NCBI RefSeq assembly: GCF_040938485.1
Contig: NW_027271817.1
Span: 186,001-250,000, forward strand
Reading direction: 5' to 3'
Length of the DNA stretch: 64,000 nt
Source: Diadema antillarum
Taxonomy: Eukaryota
The notes below the pieces were generated by a model. The model did not search any database, was not told the DNA's origin, and saw only the letters and a list, made by a program, of their open reading frames with translations. Position 1 is the stretch's first letter, and each line of letters opens with the position of its first letter. This document shows, one piece after another, positions 28,909-42,255 of the stretch. The position numbers and the translations under genes were made by a program.

Positions 28909-29578
28909 AGGAGACCTCCGCATGATTTTCAGATTTTTACATTTGAACAACTATAAATTAGTTATACCGAGGACAGAGTTTCAGAATTTGTGATAATTGG
29001 GACGAAGAATTCAAATATTTTCAAAATTTAGAACAAATTGCAATGAACGAGGATGATGACTTGGCAGAGTCACCATAAGAATGCATGAGTTGGGACTCAA
29101 GGAAGCAGAACAAAGCAAGAAGGCATGCATAGATTATACACAGCTGAACTCGCAAGCAAGCGATATTGTAATGGAATTACACTGCTACATTTCTGAAATA
29201 TGTGAACCTCCTACTGTGAAAGTGGATATTTTCGCGCGACTAATTTTTCGCGCTCGGTGGGGTTAGAAGAGTTTCGCGTGTTTTTAATTCCGCGGAATCA
29301 AAACGTCAACTACTGGAACATATGACGAGCAAAAATTTTCGCGTGCTTTTATTTTCGCGCTAGTTTCTGGTTGTGCGAAATGCGCGAATATTTAAACACC
29401 GCGAAAATTTCCACTTTTACAGTATGTCATCATCCATGTTCAGTGTAATTTGTTAAAGGTTTTTCAAAGTATTGTTTCTCTGCTCAAGAACCACAATAAA
29501 TTCCACAAATCTATACATGGAGTTGTCGACTTATGTACTATATGATGTGAAAGTATGAAAATCATATGGAATGTCCCT
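28909..29578. mobile_element. Kolobok/T2-type MITE, copy 2, with nested insertion
   Basis: TTAA|aggagacctccgcatgattttc ... atggaatgtccct|TTAA. Confidence 0.85.
29214..29422. mobile_element. TA-targeting MITE (CTGT...ACAG termini) nested in Kolobok-type copy 2
   Basis: TA|ctgtgaaagtggatattttcgcg ... cgcgaaaatttccacttttacag|TA; the empty site ctccTAtgtcatc is visible in copy 1. Confidence 0.9.
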
Positions 29579-31409
29579 TTAAGTTGGAAATGTCAAGCAT
29601 GAAAAAATGATTCCATTTTGATATTACAGTGTATAATGTTTTCTCTCCAATCCAGTCTGACTGTGATAGTGAATATCATCTACATAGAGAAAAAACGAAC
29701 TGTACTCACAGTTAGATATGTTAAATCAAGATACATTTGGAATGGTCAGTTGTGAACACAAGTGTGGTGATATAATTATGGTTGTCTGAAGATGAAGATG
29801 ACATTTTATTCCTGTGTAGACCGACTTATGAACTCGGCAACAATTTGTCATCAGCCAATATAAGACTGGACTAATGTATCTCTGTCCAAATCTTGTTGCC
29901 ACGGAAATGGGTGTGTCTGCTGTCGACACTTCATCAGCCATCACAGAGAAAAAAAAGAGTGCCTGTACATTTTCATGTGGCCCTGTGAACTTCAAATTTT
30001 TTCTAGTGTCTTAAAAAAATTCAGCAGAAAATTTCAAAGCAGGGGGATTTCCAACAATGCATCATACCTACTGATAAACTGTGTGTTATTCTGGTGAAGT
30101 CATACCTTCATAAGTAAATGAGCTATTACTGGATTCCTCATTGTAGACCCTTTGGGTACATCAATATGTATTATCAATGAATTGTTTATTCATGAAATCT
30201 GCAACGTGATTTAAAGAAGCAGTGGGAACCTGCCTTCATTCAAGATCATCTGTGCAAAGTAGTGTTCATATTTCTCACTATGAATAGAGATTTTGTGTAA
30301 TGTTACCCTACAGATTAACTCAAAGTGCTGCAGCTGACTTTGTGTGGCACCATTGAAGAGTCTTAAGAGGGGAGATAGAGAGTGTGTGTAATAACATCAG
30401 GCTATACCTCTGTGTACATTAGATATGTAGTTTCTAAGCACACATTCTTGTAGAGTATATAATACTACATTGTATCCTTATAGTAGCAAGATTATCTTGT
30501 GTGAATGAATTTAAGCGATTTTACAATTTGTCAAGGTCAGTCCGTAGTAGAGAATTCATTAAGAGGTTGATTCAGTACAAACTTAAAAAAGAAGTTATTT
30601 CTGCTAGTATAATAAAATCATGCATTAGATGCATTTAGATGAATATGATACAGCATAAAAATATTACATGAACTACAATGTATTAAAGTGTGGTATGTGT
30701 GCATCATGCCAGTTTGTATACTCTGTGTTCTTTCTTCAATCTCCTTGGTCAAAGAACAGTTTTTTGATTCTTACAGGCACACACATACACAAGCAAACCC
30801 AAACTCATTTACCGGTATGCTGACACAAAGTACACACACAATGCACACAGACACACAAGTACACATATGCACACACACACACACACATACACACGCACAC
30901 ACAAAGTAACATATACTAACAAGCTGTACACTCACATTCACTCTCTTTTTTGCTGTACACACATCATCTGCAAACATACAAACACACATATATTGCTTTA
31001 GATGACATGAAAAAAGCATAGTAATCATTTTTGAATAAATTTTATTTTCATCTTGATGGAAATATCCCATTGACCCCCCCCCCAAAAAAAAAAAAAAAAA
31101 AAAAAAAAAAGGTAAAATAATGCCTCCGGCACCACTTCGTGGCGGAGGCATAAAAATCAAGACACCCATGGAAAACAAGAATTTTGCAATCAATAATAAA
31201 GACATAAGCTACAATTACATGAACATTCTGATGAAAACATACATAATTATAAACTGTACAAAATAAACTGACCACAATAATATGAAAGTTTCATAAATTA
31301 TACTTAATATGAATCAATTTAAGAAAGCACAAGGGAAACTGTCTTTCGCATTGAAAATTGTGAAACAAATATTGGGGAAAAGTAAACACACAAATAGTTT
31401 CTTTATATT

Positions 31410-31887
31410 AACTAGAAAAGCACTCTGAGAGCGCAGACCTCCGCCAAGCATGCAAATCATTTTCACCACTGATCTTGTTCTTCCATAGAGATATTTCCAC
31501 CCATGCTGTGCTGAAAGTCGCCGATTTCCCAATATAGAAGCCTTTGTTATGTCATAAACCCTCAGCTGCACAGCGCGCCTCATCCCAGCAGAAACTGGAT
31601 CACGCACTTTAGTGCGCGCATGCAAACCTCAAATACGTGCAGCCTGAACTCCCAAGTTCACTGACCCTCCCTGCCAAAATATCAAAAATTCTCGGATCAC
31701 TACCAAAAGTTAATCGTTTGTTACTCGTGTCATTCTCAACCTTTCCTGCAAGTTTCATCCCAATCCGTTGTCTACTTTTTGAGTTATTTTGCGCACAGAC
31801 AAACGAACAAACGAACAAACGAACAAACAAACAAACCAACAAACCAACAGTAACGAAAACATAACCTCCTCCCTTGGCGGAGGTAAT
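31410..31887 (-). mobile_element. Helitron/Helentron-associated non-autonomous element (HINE-like)
   Basis: Subterminal IR cctccgccaag/cttggcggagg, an (AAAC)n-like microsatellite, and a minus-strand 3' end with hairpin gcgctctcagagtgc then ttttCTAG. A related hairpin lies at 31130-31161. Confidence 0.65.
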
Positions 31888-32689
31888 GATCATTATGTGA
31901 ATTCCTCACAAAATGCAGCCAATATGCTTTCGATGTTTTTTTTAAAGAAATTGGCTGTAACCAGGCTATGATAATTGATAGTCACTGAACAATTCTTAAT
32001 CATTATTGTAACAATCCTTACAATCATTCAATATTTTTGCAAACCTGCAGATCAGAAAGAAATTATAAATACAGTATAACATCACACACTCGAGAGCAGT
32101 CAAGATTTGGCACCACCTTCAATTTTGTAGATCAAATGATTACAAAAAGATAAAACACACTTAAACGTAAATGTGTTGTCATCAAAACTTTAACCTGTTG
32201 AAGACTAGTCCAGAGTATACTCGTACATGTGTCTATGGGAAACTTGTATCACAGCAAAATGAGTTCGTCTTTGTGTGTGGGTTAATCGAGTCTAGGTGAG
32301 ATAGGACTTTGAAAACTAGAAGGTTGTTCCCATCTTGGGCCAATGAGAACTTTGAAAAAGCTCATTCACAGTAAAAGGTTTTGCCACATGGAAGTGATGA
32401 ATGGTAATCCTGAGTATCCTAATACAATTGTATCTATAACACTGCCAGCATGACCTATGATCATATATATTAATTTGAGTATGTGAATACACAAAGCTGG
32501 TGAGTTTTGGTTATGAGGCAAGTGATTCTTCAATGTCATTTGTATGCAAGCCGGATATTACGTGTACAGCAAACTATATTTGTATCATTAATCAATGCCA
32601 GTACTGTCATTAGATTAATTGCACATTAGTAGTTTCTTCTCTTGGCCTGCTGCATGTATTGTTATTAATATAATTTATTTTTGATATTA

Positions 32690-32704
32690 TTATTATTATT
32701 ATTA

Positions 32705-32735
<31 letters not shown>

Positions 32736-32770
32736 CATTATTATTATTGTTGTTGTTATTATCATTATTA
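32690..32770. repeat. (ATT)n microsatellite
   Basis: Direct reading. Confidence 0.9.
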
Positions 32771-33005
32771 ATATAGAATATAAATTTGGCGGCCCAACAC
32801 CAATTTTTAGTGGCCCCGGGCCACCACTAATGTCTAGCCCTCTGTATACGTTATTATTATGTTTATGTTTCAATACTATAATGTCAGACAGCTGCATAAA
32901 TTCTTTGTGATCAAAGTTAGTAAGGCACCTTTATATCCTCAGTATGTCGGGCCATTAAAAGCAGTCATGCTGTGGCTCCGAGAGCAGATTTTGACAGAAT
33001 TCCAC

Positions 33006-36000
33006 TCAGAATACTGGGTAGAGGTCGGTGCGTCGGTGATCCCAGATAGGCATGCTGGTCCGTACTCTCTGGAGATAGGCCAGATCTACGGCTGCTACGG
33101 CCACACTCTCTCCTTCTGAGCACTGTGCTACTATTGCTCCCCAGGGGTCTACAATCTGTTCAAGGGTGGAACACCACAACAGAAATTGGTCTGGGAGCAG
33201 GTACTTCCCAACTGTAAGGTACCGGTACACATTGAAGGTCGAACCCTCTCACCATCACTGAACGTAAATCCCATTGACAGTGTATGTGAACATCATTCCC
33301 ATGAGACTGAAAGAGTTAAGCACGTAAAGCCTGGTACACTGTAGTTTTCAAGAATTCTCAGAGTCCACAAATTTAAGATATAGAATATTGCAAATGCAGC
33401 ATTTCACAGCACAACTACATTCAGCGAGAAAGAGCAAATTATGCATTAATACTCTGATATACTACCAGAATTGCTATGTTCTCTTCGGGGCTTTTGAAGG
33501 GGTGTGTATTCAGGTCTGACATCAGTACTTTGTCATGATCAGAAATGGAAAGAGCTGTGTAATTTGCATATGTGATGCTGCATCGTTTGAAAAAAGAAAA
33601 GAAAGAACAAGTGTAAACTTGGAGGTCTTGGAAATGAATACTTGATGGTGTGAAAGTACCGTGATATAACATCTCAAAACCAGTGAAAACATATTGATTC
33701 ATTTAATAACGAAGAACAAAAACAAATGAATAAACAGAGGAAACCTCAATCAAACAGCATTAAATGAAAGCAAGTCATAACAAAACCAAAATGTGAAGGC
33801 TACTCAAACAATCAACCTGTTTAAGACTATTCCCAGGTATACTTGGGCAGGTGTCTGTGGAAAATGTGTGTTAAAGCAAAATCAGCTTATCCTTGATGGG
33901 TTAATGGGAAATATGCAGCAATAGGATCAATTCAAACCTTGCAGCTCTTGTGGAGAGGAGGGCAGAACAGGCTGCAGATTAAGATGAAAAATATCTAAAA
34001 ATCATATCAGTCATCAATTCATGGTCAAACTATTTATATTTGATAAGAACTTTTCCACTTTCCCTTGGGGCTGCTGATAAACAAGATTATGTTTCAATGA
34101 AAGTGATTGAGAGTCCACAAAATATGAAGGTGGTCTTTGAAAAGCAAGGTAAATGTTTGATGTAACAATTCCCTCAAGCTATATCACAGGACAATTCTCA
34201 TTTGAAGGAGAAAAAAGCAAGAAACATAATTCCACTGAAACTGTAACTTTCTGGAAATGAAGTTTACCACTTTTATCTGCCACATAATAAGGACAGAGTT
34301 GCACAAACTCACCATTGCATGGCCATAGCTAGCTCTCCAATCATTGTGTTTACCAGTTTGGGCAGCAGCCACAACATAGCACTGAGTCTCTATAGCTCTA
34401 CACCTTAGCAGCGGCTGGTGGCATTGATGGAAAAAGAAAACAAATTAAAAAAAAACTGCCTTGCCATCACATTTTTGTGGGGTTGTGCATATAGACAAGC
34501 ATGAAATCCAGATTTGGTGATTAAATATTGATGTACTTTATGTCATTGAGTCAGCTACATTTTGCTGTAAGATATGCAACTACTCATAAATGAATAGCAC
34601 ATCCTACTGAAGACAACAGCATAGAAGTAATGTAATCCAGAATGGTTTCATTTCCATATCATTTTCAAAGTAATGTTTAGTGTCAGATGTATTTTCTCAT
34701 AAATGTTTGGAAGTTAAGATACTGTTAGATATATGGAAAATGTGAGTCACAGTGTGTAAATTGATTTACAATACACTGCACCCTTGCTTAGATTTCAATC
34801 ACAAAAAGAAAAACCACTGTGGACAGTGACTACGTTATGGCACCATCTGCCCAACTGTATTTTAGACTGGTCATGAACATGTGAGGTATCTTGTACTAAG
34901 TTGTCATCAATGCAAAAAGTATTTTAGACCTGATTATGAAAGTGATGCTGATTATTACCATGCTTGTTGTATGTGTGTTTACCTGGCATCAAGATGACGA
35001 CATGGACATACAGTTTCATAAATCATGATAAGTGGACTCACTTAATACAGAAAGATCAGTGAAGCACTGGATAAAAGTTTGAGGAAAATCAGACAATATG
35101 TTAAAAAGTTGTACACTTTTAAAGTTTTCCAGTACCATCCTCTCTTAATGAGAACTCTACAACAATTTGCGATGTCACAAGTACTTGCCTTCATCATTTG
35201 TCCTGAAATATGCATCATATTTTGCCTTGAATTAGTTAATCTGTCCATCATATTCAGTCTTAAAAGTGCATGGAAACTTTCTTCATACTGTGGATATTTA
35301 CTTCTTCATTTACAACTTTTGATGTGTAATTTCAATTTTGTTCTCAGGTACTTCAAATGCCACTCACATAATTCTATCACATGCACCAGGATGGGACACC
35401 TTGCATCCTTTGCCAAGGCTTACAACTTCCAGTAACAAATACCAACATACTACCTGCTTACTGGCTCTTCTCTTGGATGTTACCTTATAAAAGAGTGGGT
35501 GATAGATAAAAATGATTGAATGACACCTCCTTTGTGACACAGCTTACCTCCCAATGGGCCATTCCTGTAGGGACGGTGAAAGCTGATGGGTAGGTCAAAA
35601 TCTCTGCACCTTGTTTGGCGAGAGTCAGAGAAAACTCTGGGAAACGTATGTCGTAGCACTGGATTTCACATGGGTATTCAGAGGCATTAAGGAATTTTCA
35701 TGATAACTTGACATGCTGATGAATGATAGTGAAAGAAAGAAACTCTGGCTCCATGAACACATCAAAACACCTACTGTATAGGCTGTTATTTTTGCGAGGG
35801 TTTAATTTTCGCAAATTTTGCGAATCACACATGGGCCGCGAATTTAACAACACGCAAAAATGTCACCATGCGCTATAGTGCGCTTATAAAAATCTCTGCA
35901 TCAATTCGTGAAAACAACATCCGCGAAAATGTCTGTGATCCCCTCATTCGCGAAAATATCTGTTCGCGAAAATGAAATCATATACAGTACCTGTTCGTTT

Positions 36001-38550
36001 ATTTCCCTCTATCGACAGCTTACTATGATAAGCATCTTCCTTAGAGTGATTTATTTATTTTATTTATTTATTATTTATTCGGCAATTCAATATACAATGT
36101 ACAATACAAGCTGACATAGAATGCAAACAGAAAATCGTAAATACATGATATAAAAATTGTGGTGGTTCCAGGTGCATGCTGCTGGTTGCCAGGGGAGGAA
36201 AAGGCAAACTTAATCACCGAGGCTCGAGACCTTCCTCCCCGACCAGTGCATGCACCCAGAATCAGCTATATCAATGTAAAACAGATACAATCATTATCAA
36301 ATAATACATCATTACACAAAAATGCTCTGGATTCAAACACAACTAGACTTGGATTATGTGATTATGTGCTCATAATGTACACTCAAACATTCTGTGAATA
36401 TTTTCAAGTAGTTTTTAGCTTACATTATCTGAAATATTTTCCTTAAATGAAACAAATAAAATAAACTTGTGTATTAGAATCTAGTGACTAAAACATTTGA
36501 CATTTTGTCTACTAAATTAATTCAAATGTTTACTGAAATTGATTGCCAGATTGAAAGAAAAAAAGGATACAATGCCCATTCCAATTTTTCCCACTGGTGT
36601 CTGGACCGGAGGGACAATTTTTGTGCCAGACTTGACAAACTGAGACTCTTGCAGTTGAACCTGATTCTTTATGTTGAGAGAAAACAGATGAGTCTTGGAA
36701 TACTTTGCTGCAACCTCTCCATTGTCATCTACTATGTAGTGAGTGTTGAGCAACTTGCTGTCATCTTCAGGATTCTAGTGAAGAAGATGAAGAAGAATAA
36801 AAAGAAAAAAGGTAGGAATATACAATGAGAAAGCATAAATTCAAGAAGTTATTCAAACTACCGATGAAGACAAAAATAATAATATACAGTTCACTACTTG
36901 CTCATGACCAAAGGATGAGCGGGGGAATAAACACAATAAGACTTTCAGATGATTTCTGTCTTCTGAAATGCCACAGAAGATTGCTTTACACCTAGACAAC
37001 ACAATATACCAACAAACTGTAATAATAAATCAGCGGGGGCACACCGGGCAGCGAGCACCCCCCTTTATTTTTTGCCCCCTTTACGGAATTCCTGGATCCG
37101 CCCCTGGTACCAGTCTAAAAGTCTTGACTGTAACATACATAAAGTCACATGCATTTGTTGTTCATAACATTGAAGGTATGGCATAGTTTTGGTTGAGACA
37201 GGGAATCATATTTTGAATTTTTTAGAGATAATTAGAAACCAAATATGACATATTAAAGAGCATAAAATTTTATGAGGAATTCAGACGGTTTTTTTTAATG
37301 AAAATCACTTTTTGAAATGGCTAAGATGTCCAAAATCAAGTAAAACAAGGTGATCCTAATAAAAGGTAGGTCCTATCTTTTATAAAGACCTCTTTGTTTT
37401 TGGATATCTCTATATAAAGATATCTCTATTGGAGGTGGGGACCCAAGTTCCCCACCTCCCCTGCAGGGCCCAGTAAAATACTTTCTGCAACACATTCAAA
37501 GCCATGTTGCTATGCAAATGTGAACATGGGGAGAAATAGGAGACATACAATGTATTTTCTGCATGTTAGAGTCTACCTTTTCATGTAGGCCTCCAAGTGA
37601 TAGCCACAGATGGTTTTCTTTGGCAATCTCTTTGAAAGCAGCCATGGATTGCCCTGTGTCTGGCTCAGCACTGCGAACAGACTCTTCAGGGGATTTCTGC
37701 ACATAATCAGAACACTCTGGAAGAAACACCATCTGCAATGCAAGTGAAGAAATCAATGGATTTCTGTCGGTCTTATATATCCATTTCCTCTATCCACATA
37801 TGGAAGTGATAAATATATTGACATTTGAACATCAAGGATGACATGATTACCAGTGGCGGATCCAGAGGGGGGTGCATTGGGCGCGCGCCCCCTCTTTATT
37901 TTTTGTAAAACAAAAGAAATAAAAAGAAAAATGGGGGGCATGTGTCCCCCTTAAAGTTTGTAAAGGCGCCTCCCCTTTACGGAATTCCTGGATCCGCCCC
38001 TGATTACATCATATACACAAGTTACGTTACATGGTGATATAATAGATAGGAATATAATAGAGAAATAAGACACATACACAGGCCTCACCTGAGGATTCAT
38101 GAGAATGTAGTTCTCACTTAGTTCAATTTGATGACATGGATGAATATTAAAAACAGTGTTAGATAAAAAATCAGGAGGTATGAAAGCAGTATGTTTCTAT
38201 CAGCGCGCCTCCTATAGACTGATATAAGATTATATATTCACCCTGATGGGGATGACAAAACATGCACATCAACAATCTAATTTAAGTATTTTAGCATTCA
38301 TTTCTTTTCACTTTCAAACAATAATTGCACAGTTAACTGCATAAAAATAACATAGTACCATGTTTGACTGTGGTGGAATCATGAGAAGCACAAATCTCTA
38401 GCTGGACATTATCATATACATATTGATCACTAGTCCCTAATTGGTACACAATTCAATTACAGATATACACAAGTGATTAAAATTACACTTCTTCTTTGAC
38501 ATATAATGTGATAATCATACATATATTTGAATTGATTAATTTCATAAGAA

Positions 38551-38590
<40 letters not shown>

Positions 38591-39257
38591 ACTTATATAG
38601 TGAGCTATAAATGGGTATAAATCATCAATTCAAGTAAGCCTAAATATATCATGAGATGTATAATCTCCTACACATCATAGGTCCAAAAAGGAATGATTCC
38701 TTATATTTCTTGACATTGAGATTTTTGCAAGTAATCATGCTCTTTATAGTCTTCAGTAAACATGCTCTGAAATTTGTCATATTTTTCTGAACCCTCTGGC
38801 TATACGTTGGCTGCTGACTAACTGATGGCAATCTCTGCCATATATACAACTTGTACATATCCCTAGCTTGACCAGACGCCGCGCCATTACGTAATCTCTC
38901 GCGATCGTATGAAACATAACACGCCAACGCCATATGCGTGCCTACACTGCTACAGCGTAGCTGTCAAGTTTGTCAAAGCGTCAAAGCAGGGAGGTGGAAG
39001 AAAGACTTCCTTACCTTGGCCCCTAATTTTGACGCTTGTTCCACTAGTTTCCTGCATACTGCAATGTTTCCTTCCTTGTCTTCTGTAGCCGTCATTTGGC
39101 AAACCGCTATCACAGCTGATTGGGTCATGTCTGCTGCAATCCGTTCTCTAGTCCCCTTGGCGTTAGTCCCACATGTACGTTTCTGTGACAGGAGGGTAAC
39201 AGCACGAACTGAGTTGGAGGATAACTTTCGATGGATTTGACGGGTGACATTGATCAT
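33006..39257 (-). CDS. NIT1: Deaminated glutathione amidase (nitrilase-like 1), 321 aa
   Basis: Exons (minus): 39015-39257, 37577-37732, 36571-36774, 35548-35658, 34313-34414, 33006-33155, all phase 0 and GT-AG. The catalytic triad is present ([20 protein letters not shown]). NIT1-type motifs [43 protein letters not shown] and HRRTDLY distinguish it from NIT2. Confidence 0.95.
35774..35987. mobile_element. TA-targeting MITE (CTGT...ACAG termini)
   Basis: TA|ctgtata ... tatacag|TA with ttcgcgaaaat subterminal repeats; same design as 29214-29422. Confidence 0.7.
37851..38002. mobile_element. Short hAT-like MITE copy with ATTAC TSD
   Basis: attac|cagtggcggatccag ... ctggatccgcccctg|attac. Confidence 0.85.
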
Positions 39258-40685
39258 GTCAATGTCTGATAACGCCTAAATTGCGATTTTGCCTAATTAG
39301 TGTCAATCAGCACAAATCTCCAGCATGACATAAGGTGACACATATATAGTGGATAAAGATAGAGGGCACGTACTGTCTAGTTGGGCCACTGACGATCCGA
39401 GCACCATTCTAATCACTTGATTGCCCCTTCCCAAGTAAGGTACCCATGCGTTCTATGTACGGTTCAGTGAATGACGAACCGTGCCCGTATCACCGGTATA
39501 CTATGGTAGGCGCATCATTATATCCATTGCAATCCTCTACGATGGAGGCCTACCTGATTATTTTCTATTAAAAAAAAAAGAAAGAAAGAAAAAAAAAACA
39601 CTCAAATAATGTGGGGCTTGAGTCTTGCAATATAACAAGAGCTAGGGAGATTAGCTAATAGGCCTATAATGGCGGTCTTCATTTTTACTTTTTTTTTTCA
39701 AGCACTTTTGTAGTTTCGATATCACTCAGTGTATTCAAGTTAGCTATTTCATGCAGATATTGACAGAAAAGAATTTCATAGTCAGTCGGCCAGTCTTCAC
39801 AACCAATTGTGCATGCTGATTCATGCCTTTTAATATTCTTCTCTCTCTTATTTTCATTTTATCATAATTATTTTTTATCATTATCGTTATCATTACTTCT
39901 TTTCTTTTTTACCGTAAGAAGAAATTTCAATATCATAGGCCCTATACATCTTTGGATCCGTTTTGGTGTGTGTCAACTATACTGATGGTTCCTTCTGTCA
40001 GATAGGCCTAATTTGCGCACTCCCTAGAAAATGAGCAGATATTTCCAGTAAATCACGTAACAGTTTGGAGCAGAGCCCAGTTCGTATTGGGCAGAGCCCG
40101 GTCCCATGCAGATTTATCAGCTTCCGTAAGTCGTGCCTGACCGCTGAAGTTGCATTTCACCTGTTCAGAATTAACACATTTACACACTTTTTCTCTGAAA
40201 AAAAAAAATGGTTCTATTTTTTTCAAGCGGAGGAAACATTTTCTCTTCGCATCATCATTGCCACTTTATCTTAATTACCACCGTTCATCCTCTAACATGC
40301 TCGCATTTATCTATCTACTTATTTGTTTGTTTATTTATTCTTTAGTTTTCTATATTTTTTATTCGTTTATCTATTTATTTATCAATTAATTCATTCATTC
40401 TTTTTCATCTCCAACAGAAACATATACGACAGCAACATTATATGACAGAATGAATGAAAAGCAGGACATTTATTACGTATATCGCATGACTGAATATTTC
40501 AAACAGGTCGTATCCACAGTTCGGGGCATAGAGATTACCTTTCTCCCTTTGTATTCTGTAGCTCTCACTCACAAATGATTTTTTTTTTTCATTTGTATTT
40601 CATTTAGATTTTATACACATCCATTATATACATACACCCATAAACACCCACACACTCACGCAATCTCTCTCTCTCTCTGTTTTTC

Positions 40686-40755
40686 TCAATTCAATTCAAT
40701 TCAATTCAATTCATTTCAATTCAATTCAATTCATTTCAATTCAATTCAATTCAGT
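40686..40755. repeat. (TTCAA)n pentanucleotide repeat, possibly a minus-strand LINE tail
   Basis: Direct reading; the tail interpretation is an inference. Confidence 0.85.
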
Positions 40756-40937
40756 TCTTTCTTTTTTTTCATTCTATTTTTCCAACAAAACATAACACAG
40801 AACAAAATAAGAATCAGGAATTATATCATAGGCTTACATTCGACTGTGCAATGATAGTTAACGAATAAACATGTATACGTGCATACCGGCATAATATAAA
40901 GTTATGTTTGGAGAAAAAAAAATAATAATTAAGAGGT

Positions 40938-40951
40938 TATCTATCTATCAG

Positions 40952-40997
<46 letters not shown>

Positions 40998-41014
40998 GAT
41001 CTATCTATCTATCT
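40938..41014. repeat. (TATC)n microsatellite
   Basis: Direct reading. Confidence 0.9.
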
Positions 41015-42179
41015 AATCTCTTTCTCTCTGACAAACTATGTAGGTCTGAGTACAAGGGTCCTACTGAGCTCTCTGCTAACCCGAGACTGAAATAACTTGA
41101 TTTAATTTGTTCTTGGCAAACAGCCCATGTGCTGACGATTTGTTGTGATAACTGAAGCGCCATGGATACTTTAAAAATATCTATATGCACTTTGGTCTAG
41201 TTTTGTTGTGGATTTTTGTTCGAGATTCCCAGCTCTGCTTCGAAATGAAAAGGAAAAAGAGAGAAAAAAAATCTATTCGGTTCAAACTGCCGTAAGGCGT
41301 AAAACTGAAATACGACTATCAACCAATTTAAAATATGCCGACCATTATGTGGTTGTATAATAGATGCTTTTCACGCAGAAAAAAAAAACCCAGATGTGTA
41401 TGAAGAGAGGTTGACCTTTTTTGAGATCTAAACTCATGGAAGCGCAATGCTGGATTGCTATCTGCATGGGTGCGTAGATCTTCTATATAGAGGATATGAG
41501 ATATAGAAAAATTATGGAGTAGAAAACTAAGGGGCCAGTATGAGCTTTCGATTCTATGATAGCAGAAGGTTCGTAAGAGGCAAAATGAAAAAAAAGAAGT
41601 CATTTTGTCTCTGACAAAGATTCTGTTAGGGTCGAAGATCAGGCCCCTTTTGACTCCATTTCACTTCACTGGCTTCACTGACTTCACTACACTTTATACT
41701 GGATAAACATTTTTCAGCAGCTTTGTTTTTTGTTTGTTTGTTGTTTGTTTGTTGTTTATTTATTTGTTTGTTGTGTTTCTGGGTTTTTTGTACACATGAA
41801 ATTGTCTTACATATTCTGACTTTGTAGACAATTTTGGTTTTAATATAAGTCAACGATGACAATAATGAGAACTATTCTTTCCATAGTTTAGTAACCGCGA
41901 ACAACATCACAGATCGACGTATACTGCACTCACTATGCCTATATCGTGTTTTATTGTATTCATAAGCAAACATTGAATTTAATGCAATTCAATGTCAAAC
42001 TATGTGCTCGAGAAGTATTTGTTTGCTCGTTTGTTCAGAATAGAATCACTTGGGAAAATGCCATTTTTTAGTGCTGTCACAAAAAGGTGAAGGATTATCT
42101 TGTCATTTTACAACACGTCCTACAGGAAATGGTTCATACATTTTGACCATTGACGCATTATAGGCATATAGCATTTGAT

Positions 42180-42255
42180 TTCTGCTCGCAAGTCAGGAGC
42201 ACGAAATTTCGAAGGTGTCTTCTTCTTGGACTGTTCTCTGCCAACCATCCAAAAG
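42180..42255 (+). other. Possible 5' non-coding exon of the first NCS gene (start approximate)
   Basis: Consensus donor AAG|GTAAGT at 42255/42256; acceptor-like cccatcag at 45916-45923, 15 nt before the ATG. No transcript evidence. Confidence 0.3.

Noticed and set aside
32310-32365. FSLAQDG resembling FHIT FSMQDG (and TQRV near 30130)
   Set aside because: They are in the wrong order relative to the RFGQ segment, have adjacent stops, and show how easily short chance matches arise.
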